NCBI GenBank assembly: GCA_964588105.1 | Contig: CAZPOG010000001.1 | Coordinates: forward strand, 53-64,052 | Reading direction: 5' to 3' | From: an uncultured Ruminococcus sp. | GTDB lineage: Bacteria; Bacillota; Clostridia; Oscillospirales; Acutalibacteraceae | DNA: 64,000 nt | Shown here: piece by piece, positions 8,849 through 18,536 of the stretch | Position numbering within the stretch: position 1 is the first letter of the stretch | How the letters are laid out: the number at the start of each line of letters is the position of its first letter | The notes under the pieces: generated by a model | The model's input: only the letters and a program-made list of their open reading frames with translations | Database searches by the model: none | What the model was told of the DNA's origin: nothing | Made by a program: the position numbers and the translations under genes

Positions 8849-11740
8849 CTATATTCTGATCTTTCTTTGAAGTAAATCGCGGACTCTCTCGTAATACCGC
8901 ATCAGTATGTCGTTTAGCGGCTTTTGATGATTCAGTATATCGAGCAGAATCATATCTGCATTCAACGCATTATAAGCTTTTATCCATTTACGATAATTGT
9001 AATTCTGCAAACACGGATCTTGATAGGAGTCCAGTAATTCCCAATGAAAGAGTTTTTCATCCGGACCTTCGGGATATCTCAGTGTAAAACATTGCATGAT
9101 ATCTCTGAAATACTTCTTGTCATTTTCATATGGCAGACATTGATGCTCATTTAAAATATAACGCTGATACTGTTCGATTGCTTTATCTAAAAGAATGTTA
9201 CGAAGTTCTGAATTATCCAATCTTTCAGCAACACACAGCAGTAAAGCTGCATTAGTCTTCTTTTCACTCACACGAAGATCATCAAGTATTTTCTTCTGAT
9301 CGTCAAACGGTATCAGACTATTATTACAAATCCTTTCAATGATACCAACCAATGCGGTAAACAGATCCTCCATCTTTTCTTCTTCCATTTTCAGAGGTCG
9401 TGAAAATACAAGTTCCGAAAGAATAAATACTGACTGTTCAAGCTGCGTTTTATTATTTTGCTGCCCGATCATCGCAAGAATGATATCGGCATCTTGCGTA
9501 TCATAAAGGATCTTGGCTCCTAGCTCGTGTAAAAAATCCCATGAAGAGCTGACAAGCTCTTTGTAAAAAATCTCGTCGAATCCCTTATGCGCAGACCTTT
9601 CATAGATGAACGACAGCATCAAAGGAGATTTAACCTCTTCCATTAATTTCAGATAGTATGGAAAGTCCAGATTCAACAGTAACCGATAGATACAAATCCA
9701 AAATCGGTCTCCTTGCTGATAAAACACGCTCTTATCTTTGTGTACGTCACGAAAAGCAGAAACTGATTTTATCTTTTTGTTAAGTAAAGCCCAATAGTAG
9801 TACTCGTCAGAATATATATTTTTATGAGTATGCCGGTTTTCCATATTGGGAGCATCTTCTGTTATCTGCGACTTTATCTTTTCCTTTAATCCCGGAAAAT
9901 TACCGATTAACGGACTCAGATCGGTATAATAATGACAACTGTTGTATAATGCGTCTCCTAACGCAAAAAGCGCTTTTTGAGGATTATCATCCCACCTCTC
10001 CCATATTTCTCTGACAATTTGTTCCCACATTTGATCATTCGTAGTATAATCCGAACTTTCAAGACTCTCAGATGTTATAAATCCTTTCTCCGCACATTTT
10101 TTCAGTGCAAAAGACAAATCATCTTCACCGCTGGCAAACATCGGAAAATAAGCATTATGATCGTTTTTGTCAACGGGATCAGGATGGACTGAAATTTGGA
10201 TATCTGCAGGGAACAGTTCTTGAATAGAGATCATCTCCGTTATTGGAGCATCTTTCTGATACACTTTATTGCTAAGCAGGTAAAGATACTCTTCGACAGA
10301 CTTCAGAACAACATATTCCAACGGAACAACCGCGAACGGAAAAAACTGTCCGGCAGAATTCAATGAGTTGCTGAGCATAAAACCATCCTTCCTATCATTC
10401 TCATAGTACCTAATCAGATATCTATCATGGAACGCTCTGTTCTCACCTCTGTAAACATTGATTATCTCACAGTTTTTATATATCAGATCGGTATTCTTTT
10501 TCAGACAATCCGTAAACTCACTTAGGCTGTTTGTGCCGTCGTCTTTATCCGTTTCCTTTTGCGGGATCGAAGTGATGATTTTTACCTTTGCCTGTGTATT
10601 CCCGATCCTGATAAGCAGCTTCTCTATGGATTCCGACGTAAAGTACGGATCGGCTAAAACAACGCTTTTTATCTCTTTTTCTTCAATATACTCTCTGATT
10701 TTAATGAAGCTGTCTATTTCTCCGCTTTTGTCGGATACTTTAGGAACAAAACAACCTTTGGCAGTTCCATCATAATCCGAAAACAACCTTCTCCCCTGTT
10801 GATAAGAATCATACCAAAAAGGCTCTTCGTTTGAAATAACGGTTTTCTGAACATGGCCGATTGTCGCTGTCTGTTCAAGCTCATCAATACGCTTGACCAG
10901 ACGCTGAGAGCTTCTACGCAGTTTAGCAGTCCACTTATCCCTAACAACACGTTTTTTCTGTGTATAGATATTCAGTAATGAGTTCATGATATAATTCATG
11001 TAGAATTGATATACTGGTCTTCCATCTGAATCCCATATATTTATCTTAAATGCTGAAATAACATCATCACTTTCAAATTCGATTATATCCTGAAAACCTT
11101 TCATCACTTTCAGTTCATTTCGAACAATATGCCCGTAATGGAACAACTCACAATTCACAGATAAATCTTCTGAGATTTTTTCTGTTTTTTCAATCAATAA
11201 GCATATCCCGTTGTTATTTACCCTAAAGCTATTATAGTATTTTAGCGGCTCAAAGAATTCAACGTTCCCTATTCTATCTCCATTTTTCCTAAAATCTATA
11301 CCACACTCCGCCTGAACGACGTCAAGCAACCGATTGACATTACAAAACTCATCTTTGAAATTCTGATACGAAATGCTTTTCTTTAAGGATTCTAAGATTT
11401 CTTCTTTATCAGTCTGCCAGTAGGTTGTACGGTAGAAAGTCTGATCCACCGGAGCGGTTTTAATCAACTCGGACGTTGCAGAGTTAATTAGCGGATTACC
11501 GGGTTGAAGATTTAATTCAATATTGTATCTGCCGGCTTTATAATGATTAAAACTTGTAATAGCACAAATAAAGTCGTCCTTATTCTTTTCATTTACAACA
11601 GTGCAGCAACAAACGATAAACTTTATTTCTGTTTGTGAAGATTTCCAGTCGGAAACATTCTGATCCGTCGGAACACAATAACCATAGATGAGTTTCGTTT
11701 CTTCTTTTGTATTCAAAATAAGTTTCATATAGTAATTCAA
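8849..11740 (-). CDS. large protein with central PLD-like (VPA1262-like) domain
   Basis: LADPYF ... FHDRYLI ... GFMLSNSLN motif set. TTG start at 11740 inferred from GGAGGG RBS and promoter position. Confidence 0.65.
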   Translation of the reverse strand: MNYYMKLILNTKEETKLIYGYCVPTDQNVSDWKSSQTEIKFIVCCCTVVNEKNKDDFICAITSFNHYKAGRYNIELNLQPGNPLINSATSELIKTAPVDQTFYRTTYWQTDKEEILESLKKSISYQNFKDEFCNVNRLLDVVQAECGIDFRKNGDRIGNVEFFEPLKYYNSFRVNNNGICLLIEKTEKISEDLSVNCELFHYGHIVRNELKVMKGFQDIIEFESDDVISAFKINIWDSDGRPVYQFYMNYIMNSLLNIYTQKKRVVRDKWTAKLRRSSQRLVKRIDELEQTATIGHVQKTVISNEEPFWYDSYQQGRRLFSDYDGTAKGCFVPKVSDKSGEIDSFIKIREYIEEKEIKSVVLADPYFTSESIEKLLIRIGNTQAKVKIITSIPQKETDKDDGTNSLSEFTDCLKKNTDLIYKNCEIINVYRGENRAFHDRYLIRYYENDRKDGFMLSNSLNSAGQFFPFAVVPLEYVVLKSVEEYLYLLSNKVYQKDAPITEMISIQELFPADIQISVHPDPVDKNDHNAYFPMFASGEDDLSFALKKCAEKGFITSESLESSDYTTNDQMWEQIVREIWERWDDNPQKALFALGDALYNSCHYYTDLSPLIGNFPGLKEKIKSQITEDAPNMENRHTHKNIYSDEYYYWALLNKKIKSVSAFRDVHKDKSVFYQQGDRFWICIYRLLLNLDFPYYLKLMEEVKSPLMLSFIYERSAHKGFDEIFYKELVSSSWDFLHELGAKILYDTQDADIILAMIGQQNNKTQLEQSVFILSELVFSRPLKMEEEKMEDLFTALVGIIERICNNSLIPFDDQKKILDDLRVSEKKTNAALLLCVAERLDNSELRNILLDKAIEQYQRYILNEHQCLPYENDKKYFRDIMQCFTLRYPEGPDEKLFHWELLDSYQDPCLQNYNYRKWIKAYNALNADMILLDILNHQKPLNDILMRYYERVRDLLQRKIRI

Positions 11741-11791
11741 ATCATTTCCCTCCGTGTGCATTACAAAAACTGTTGGAATATGTTTATATTT

Positions 11792-11820
11792 ATTATACAA
11801 CGCTTTACAACAAATGTAAA
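11792..11820 (-). promoter_or_regulatory. promoter of the PLD-like/STAND operon
   Basis: TTTACA-17-(TG)TATAAT on the minus strand. Confidence 0.75.
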
Positions 11821-11846
11821 CCAAACACTTTCATAGGAGTATATTA

Positions 11847-11887
11847 AACCGCCAGAAATTGTGTTGTCCACACAATTTCTGGCGGTT
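11847..11887 (-). terminator. 18-bp perfect hairpin downstream of the HAD gene
   Basis: AACCGCCAGAAATTGTGT / ACACAATTTCTGGCGGTT with a 5-nt loop. Confidence 0.75.
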
Positions 11888-11977
11888 CATACTATGCAAG
11901 TGCCTTGGTTATAAATAATGTGTTTAATCAAAAATCACGATTCTTTCTAATTATTCCTAAGATTTTTTATATCTGCA

Positions 11978-13159
11978 TCAGTCTTCGGTTTCCAATTCTT
12001 TCTTTATTTCTTCTGCGTAATCGTCCCCAAGCCCGTATTGAGACAGCAAGTTTGTATAGAAGCCGAAAACATCTTCATCCTTTAGGATCCAGTTAACTTG
12101 TGAATTATGTACTCCGATTCTGAATAAAGATTTTGCTTGTTCTTCCGACCAATTGTGGTATTGTTCCATTTCGCTGATAATCGTATGTGTATTGGCAAAG
12201 TTTGCGCTGTTATCCAAAGCGAGAATCAAACTCTCTTTCTTTTTCTCGTCCTCACTCTTAGGATTTTTGATCCCTTCATCTTTCACTTCTTCTTTATTAG
12301 AAAAGTGGATACTCTCGAGCTTTTCGTTGGCAGCTGTCCTATCGATAATCGATTTGACCAATTGATCCAGTTCGCTGCCCTCGGAATAATCGGCCGGAGC
12401 AAAGTATTTGATCCGATTATCGGTTATCATCTTATAAACTTTCTTTTTATCGCACGTCTTGGGATTATATACCCCTATGGAATGTCCTCCATATGTATTT
12501 ACCAACTTCATACAGGGAATATCCGTATCACTGTCACCGATATAAATCATATTTCTGAACGGTACGCGCATCTTCTCCGGAGGAATATATTCATTCACAC
12601 CTTGGTCATTAACATCTAATACACCCTTTTCAATTCTGAACAAAAACTGTGTTTTATTAGTGTAATTGATAACCTGAGCAGGCCAAACGGCTATGCCTCG
12701 ATCGTTGTAATAAAACGAACTTGCATAGATCTTCTTAAAACAACCTTTTTGCGCTACACTTGTTCCCTCTATCATTTCCTTCAATCCTGATGAAATAATA
12801 TAATGCTCAACTATAACGCCTTGTTGATTCCCGTAAAAACGAATTCTGTCAAACCATTCTTCAACACCGGGGAACAATGCAACTTTTGCACCATAGTCCA
12901 TCAGTGTTTCTTTTTTAAATATAACCGCTCCTTCAGCTTCCTGTTTCATTTTGTACATGTATGCAAGGTTTTGGTCCATATCATTATCTTCAGCCAGTTT
13001 ATTTGACTGGGCCCAGAAGTCCTTAACATCAAAACCAACGCTTTGAATATAACCCTGCGCTTGCATATCATCGGGAGAAAGTGTTTTATCAAAGTCATAG
13101 CAAATCGCTAAAACAGGATAGTTTTCTTTTTTCTCTCGCTTAAATGTTTTTGTGCCCAT
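11978..13159 (-). CDS. HAD-family hydrolase with ~90-aa C-terminal extension
   Basis: Motif I CYDFDKT, motif II IISSG, motif IV YIGDSDTD. Confidence 0.85.
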   Translation of the reverse strand: MGTKTFKREKKENYPVLAICYDFDKTLSPDDMQAQGYIQSVGFDVKDFWAQSNKLAEDNDMDQNLAYMYKMKQEAEGAVIFKKETLMDYGAKVALFPGVEEWFDRIRFYGNQQGVIVEHYIISSGLKEMIEGTSVAQKGCFKKIYASSFYYNDRGIAVWPAQVINYTNKTQFLFRIEKGVLDVNDQGVNEYIPPEKMRVPFRNMIYIGDSDTDIPCMKLVNTYGGHSIGVYNPKTCDKKKVYKMITDNRIKYFAPADYSEGSELDQLVKSIIDRTAANEKLESIHFSNKEEVKDEGIKNPKSEDEKKKESLILALDNSANFANTHTIISEMEQYHNWSEEQAKSLFRIGVHNSQVNWILKDEDVFGFYTNLLSQYGLGDDYAEEIKKELETED

Positions 13160-14170
13160 TTTATATCCTCCTCTTTTTTATATTGGTATATTTTAATGAG
13201 ATTAGTTCCCAAAGCTTTTATCGAAATGATAAGTGATAATTATTTTCCAAATCAAAAATACTCCTTGTGTTATTTTAACCCTTAGATACACACAACTCCA
13301 TCGGAGACAATTTATGAAATAATAAAGCTTTCAATAAGACATCTTTATTTGACTAATCGATATACAACCAACGTAACTTTCGATTGTTTTCTACAGCCAT
13401 TTACATTTTATGATATTTACAAAACGTTGTCAACAATTTATAATATGTTTTTAAAATCATTTCACACTTTATCGATACATTATCAATCATAAACTACCAT
13501 CCTTAATATGTTGTTTATGCACGACCTTAGCTTTCCACTATCTGAACTGGGAGTATTTTTTCATCACTCCATAGCGATAAAAAAATGAACTGTCAGTTAC
13601 AACAGTTCCGTTAATAAAGAAGATTAAAAATATGATAATTCTTTTAAATTATAGTACACAATTTCTCCCAATTATTCTTTGTTTGCATATCAAGTGCTGC
13701 AAATGTATCTTTTAGTCTGTCGAGCAAATCGTCACAAGTAAAAATGACAACTATATTTTTATACTGATATTTGATTAATTCAAAATCACTTCTCTGTTGT
13801 GGATTAAAGCTCTAACTTCTTCAGATTAACTGCATCCCTAGAGGATTTATATTATTGGGACAAATTCGTTGAGGTAACTTATTAGATAATAATTGTATAA
13901 ACTTGTCTCTACGTTTATTTAATGCGTTAAAAACAATAGATATTCTTTTCAATCTGTTTTTTTGCTCTGGCAAGTTATCTGATAAAAACACAATTGTTAA
14001 TGTATTTGGGATAGATCAACCTCAGAACACCTTTTATCTTTATCTGCAAAACAATTTCATTTGTAAATGTCCCTGAGTAATTCAGCATATTTTCATCTCA
14101 TTAATTGATGAGCGATATTAATGAATATCAGCCTTCAAATTTATTTTATCTCCAACACAAGTAATAAACA

Positions 14171-14740
14171 AATACAGAAAACGGTTTGAATGAATGGATT
14201 AAACCATCTTTATCCTATTACGGGCCAAAAATTCGTGCATTGTTGGAAAAGATTGCTTCCGTGTTCGATGCAACACTGGTTTAGACTCCTATGGAGATTA
14301 TCAACTTCAAATATGGAGTTTCTGTCAGTTTTATGACTTGTGATCTTTATGACTGGTTTGAAATTGAGATCCCTGCCAGACAAATTGAAGCGGTTTCTCA
14401 ACTGGAAGGAGTATATGGAATCGGCTATAACGGATATGCAGGTTCAACTTCCGATACCGACAGAGTGTTCATTGGTGGAGATCCTGATAAAATCAGAGAA
14501 GAGTATGGTGAACCGGATGAAGACGGCGCCTATACAGTTCCTGTTACACCGTTTGCTTTTGGCGATGCAGACGGCGACGGAGCTGTGACGATCCTTGATG
14601 CAACTGCTATTCAGCGTCATTTAGCATCATTGACTTCAAAAGTTGAAATCGTATCAACTGCTGCAGATATTGACGGCGACGGAGAAGTGACTATCCTTGA
14701 CGCGACCGGCATCCAGCGCGCCCTTGCAGGTTTAGATTGA
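14171..14740 (+). pseudogene. truncated type I dockerin-containing protein
   Basis: Two Ca-binding repeats GDADGDGAVTILDATAIQ / DIDGDGEVTILDATGIQ. The upstream frame continues through an in-frame TAG at 14282; no signal peptide. Confidence 0.7.
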
Positions 14741-14765
14741 CAATTGTATTATTTGCAGATATTAA

Positions 14766-14800
14766 CATTAAAGGCGGAGCTAACCACTCCGCCTTTAATG
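14766..14800 (+). terminator. hairpin after the dockerin gene
   Basis: 14-bp inverted repeat CATTAAAGGCGGAG / CTCCGCCTTTAATG. Confidence 0.65.
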
Positions 14801-14957
14801 CTTGCTTGAATTCTTGAAACTATATCGTTCACAAGTTTGTTTATGAAAATTTGGGTATCATTTACAAATTATCTGTTTATTTTTCTATGTTAGTTTTGCA
14901 ATAAAATATAGCTTTTCTGTCGAATAAGAGTATAATTAATAGTAGAAGGTGATAAAT

Positions 14958-16001
14958 ATGTATAATAAGGGAAAAATCAAAAAGTATAAGGTTTCTACTG
15001 CAACAGTTGTATTATTGGTCATCTTGGTATTGGTTTTTGGATTAGGCTATATTTTTCTTTGTCAATATATGAATGATAATAAGCTAAGAGACGATGCGGT
15101 TCTATTGACTATAAAAGATATATTGATTGTTTTACTTACAATTTGTGGGACAAACTTGTTGGTTTCTGTTATTGTTGAAGTCAAATCTAACAATAAGATG
15201 TTCACAGATTTTTTTAATCAAGATATTATCAGTTCGCCCGAGTTTTATAAGCACTTAAAAACAGACGAGCGGAAGAGCATGCTTAGTACGCTTGAAACAG
15301 TAGAGCTGTATGATGGAAAAGATGAGATATCGGAAATGTATGACAGTATTAAAGAAAAAATGAACCTTCACAAAGAAGATGATTATTATTTTGAGAAATG
15401 TGCTTATAGAATTACTGTAAGTGAGGACGGAAATTACTTTAAAAAAAGAACCTCAAGAACATTAGAGATAAAATCATATAAGGATAAAATTGTTATTCCA
15501 AGATATCTTTTAGCTAGAATTGTTTGTAATGATATTTCAAACTGTTTGGATAAGAATAACATAGAGGTTTTCATTGAAACCGAGAGAGATGGTTCGTTTG
15601 TGAAATTAGATCCTAACAAAGACTTAATTATTAAATCAAATAATAAAGTTAGGGAAATCCAGAGAAAGAATGGATACACAAAAATTATTGATATATATTT
15701 AAAAAAGGATTTAAATCTTAATAATCGAAGATCAAATAAAATAACTATAAACTATGAACTGCTATGCAGTAAAAATGATAAGGTTTCTGTTTACAGAACA
15801 TTGTATCCTTGTAAACAATTTTCAGTACATTATTCTGTTGAGCCCAAAGGAAAGTATAAACTGATAGGGAATGCCTTTGGCTTTCACGAAAAAGCAGCAA
15901 ATCAACCAAATTATAATGATGACAATGAAATTGATGTTGAGCTAAATGATTGGATTTTTACTGATGATGGGATATGTGTTGCTTTAGTGGAAAAAAGTTA
16001 A
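14958..16001 (+). CDS. hypothetical protein, two N-terminal TM helices + soluble domain
   Basis: Long ORF, AGAAGGTGA RBS, two hydrophobic segments in the first ~80 aa. Confidence 0.7.
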   Translation: MYNKGKIKKYKVSTATVVLLVILVLVFGLGYIFLCQYMNDNKLRDDAVLLTIKDILIVLLTICGTNLLVSVIVEVKSNNKMFTDFFNQDIISSPEFYKHLKTDERKSMLSTLETVELYDGKDEISEMYDSIKEKMNLHKEDDYYFEKCAYRITVSEDGNYFKKRTSRTLEIKSYKDKIVIPRYLLARIVCNDISNCLDKNNIEVFIETERDGSFVKLDPNKDLIIKSNNKVREIQRKNGYTKIIDIYLKKDLNLNNRRSNKITINYELLCSKNDKVSVYRTLYPCKQFSVHYSVEPKGKYKLIGNAFGFHEKAANQPNYNDDNEIDVELNDWIFTDDGICVALVEKS

Positions 16002-16256
16002 CAAATAGTTATTGAATTTATATACTTTTCAGTATATAATATAATATAATATAATTAAGCGGAGAAATCACAAAAACAATAGTAGCTTGAGGAGAGGTAA
16101 TTATGGCTTTTGAAGAGAATATGTAGCATTTGATTTTCTCTTGGCTTGCCAATTTCCATTTCATTGAAAGCAAATTGTAAAGCTTAGAAGTATTACAATG
16201 CTAATGATTATCAACAGAACGAATAATAACCAACAAAAAAGATTGAAAAAGACTAA

Positions 16257-16284
16257 CAGGGGCTATCCGAGAGGGTAGCCCCTG
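16257..16284 (+). terminator. GC-rich hairpin
   Basis: CAGGGGCTATCC-gaga-GGGTAGCCCCTG. Confidence 0.5.
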
Positions 16285-16313
16285 AACTTTGAATAATCAC
16301 TCACGCTTACCTG

Positions 16314-16341
16314 TTGACTATATCTCAAAATCGGTTATAAT
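16314..16341 (+). promoter_or_regulatory. promoter of MNT-HEPN
   Basis: TTGACT-16-TATAAT. Confidence 0.6.
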
Positions 16342-16371
16342 AGAATCAGAAACAATAAAGGAGGTAGTCTT

Positions 16372-16710
16372 ATGTGTACACAGAATGAAGCCGTCGTTAT
16401 ACTGCGTGAAGTATACGAGGGCTGTGCAGCCATCTTCGGAAGCATCAAAGAAGCCTATCTCTACGGCTCCTACGCGCGGGGCGATTATCATGAGGAATCC
16501 GACGTCGATATTCTTTTGACAGTCGATCAGCCTCAATTGGTTATCTCGAAGCACCGCATGGATATTGCGCGATTATCCTCAGACCTCAGTTTACAGCATG
16601 ATATCACCGTATCGATCAGCGTCAAGCCCGCTGAACAGTTCGAAAGATATAACACGGTTCTGCCGTTTTATCAGAATGTTGTCAGAGAGGGGATCAAATA
16701 TGCAAGCTGA
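16372..16710 (+). CDS. minimal nucleotidyltransferase (MNT) antitoxin
   Basis: LYGSYARGD...ESDVDIL motif; GGAGG RBS. Confidence 0.9.
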   Translation: MCTQNEAVVILREVYEGCAAIFGSIKEAYLYGSYARGDYHEESDVDILLTVDQPQLVISKHRMDIARLSSDLSLQHDITVSISVKPAEQFERYNTVLPFYQNVVREGIKYAS

Positions 16711-17122
16711 AGATTGGAAAGCGATATCGAAAATCAGACTGGAGCGCGCGATAGAGTTCTACGAGGACGCGGTCGCGCTGTATAACCAAGAAAGATACAG
16801 AAGCGCAGCCAGCAGATTGTATTTTGCTGTATTCCACGCCATGCGCGCGGTACTGGCACTGGACGGAATCGACCGCAAGCACCACAGTGGGATCATCTCA
16901 GAGTTCCGCAGATTGTATGTAAAAACCGGTATCTTTGACAGAGAAGCGTCCGGCATCATCGCATCGGTATCCCTCATGCGCCACGACAGCGACTATGACG
17001 ATTACATCCCGATCGAGAAAGAGGATCTGGAAGAAATGCTTCCCCAAGTCGAAAAGCTGATCACATCGGTCAAGGAGTATCTGGAGCCGATTTTGGCAGA
17101 AGGTAATCAATCTGCCGAATAG
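16700..17122 (+). CDS. HEPN domain toxin
   Basis: ATG 16700 overlaps the MNT stop; SRLYFAVFHA, KHHSGII, RHDSDY typical of HEPN partners. Confidence 0.85.
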   Translation: MQAEDWKAISKIRLERAIEFYEDAVALYNQERYRSAASRLYFAVFHAMRAVLALDGIDRKHHSGIISEFRRLYVKTGIFDREASGIIASVSLMRHDSDYDDYIPIEKEDLEEMLPQVEKLITSVKEYLEPILAEGNQSAE

Positions 17123-17513
17123 ATTATAGTTATTATTATTCTGATTATGTTTCCAAGTCTATGTCTTATACAAATATCGGAAAGCAATTTCACGGAGAGA
17201 GAACCATTTTTAACCATATTGAGTATATAAATGAATTCAGACAGTTCCTGCTCACTACAAGAATAAACTATAATGATAAAGTTAAATCCAAATAAGTATT
17301 TAGCAAATTATATAATATTTGGAGTTATATGATAGTAATTCATGTATAAAATCTTCTGTTAATAAGAAAGTTTATGAGAATCTATTACTACAAGCACAAA
17401 CGGTATATAATAATCCTGAAGATTTTACCACGTTAATCGAAATAGAGTCAAATAAATATCGGAACTAAAGAACCAAAAATATACTATACTCCAACTAAAA
17501 ACACACTCTTAAT

Positions 17514-17550
17514 AATGAAGGCAGAAAGCTAAACGCTCTCTGCCTTCATT
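17514..17550. repeat. 12-bp perfect inverted repeat
   Basis: AATGAAGGCAGA ... TCTGCCTTCATT. Confidence 0.6.
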
Positions 17551-17800
17551 GACTTTTCATATTATTTTTTTAGTAGGATCATCAAAACCATTCAGTAAAA
17601 GAACAAGCCCGAATCCTTCCCCAATCGGGACAAGGTTCAGATTTGTACTGTTTGGTACGAATATTTATAATGGACTTGACAAAATACAAGTATTTATCGG
17701 TGCTGAACATACATATTTAGCCGTATCATTAGAAAAATCGCACATTTTTGTTTTTCCCTCCTTTGCAGTATAATAGACTTGCAAAGGAGGAAATTGCATT

Positions 17801-18097
17801 ATGAAAGATAATTTGGAAAGCGTAGGATTATGGGAACAACTGCATTATCAGCACCTCAAAGAAACAAGACCATCTCTGATTGGCGTCACGCGAATGACCG
17901 GAGAGCTTATCCCTTATCTGCAAGATATCAACGAGCAAGCAGATGAAATGTTTTCTCAGCTCGTAAAACAAATGGCGAAGCAAGAAGGTGTCAATGAAGA
18001 ACTTAAGGCAAAAGATCAAATGGCATGGATAGGAGCGATGAGCAACATTCAAAACAGAGCAAGAGAAGTTGTATTCAACGAAATAATCTATCAATAA
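17801..18097 (+). CDS. tnpV: TnpV family protein (orphan)
   Basis: YLKE.RP...GEL..YL.DINEQA...KQMAKQEGVNEELKA.DQM.W..M.NI.NRA.E pattern. Confidence 0.85.
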   Translation: MKDNLESVGLWEQLHYQHLKETRPSLIGVTRMTGELIPYLQDINEQADEMFSQLVKQMAKQEGVNEELKAKDQMAWIGAMSNIQNRAREVVFNEIIYQ

Positions 18098-18536
18098 TCA
18101 CTTACGAGGCAGGGATAACTAAGTCTCGCCTTACTCTTTTGTCATAAGGAATGAGTCTCATTCTATTATGAGTTGTACTTATTCTGTTGTGTATAAAAAA
18201 GCTAAATCCTTAGTGAAATGATTTGAATTAATAATATGATAAAGTGGGTATTTTCATAATGCATTAAAGGTAAATATACCATTTATATCGATAATCCCAT
18301 ACTCTTTTTTGAATATGAATGATGATATAAACATATACGTAGTTAATTGGAAACACTGACAAAAAGTATTGTAAAAAGAATCATTGTTATGCAACTGAAA
18401 TCATTTAGTGTTTGTTGATAAGTAAATATAAACGCATACGAGAATAGCAAAAAGCTCCTTAAGGTGATAATTGAACCCTTAAAGAGCTTTTGAAATGAAT
18501 ATTAAGTTCTTTTTGTGTATAGCACACAACTCCTAT

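Noticed and set aside
13160-14170. 1-kb AT-rich intergenic stretch
   Set aside because: No long ORF, repeat array or convincing stem structure seen by eye.
17123-17500. Short open frames after HEPN
   Set aside because: Fragmentary with several stops; no family could be assigned.
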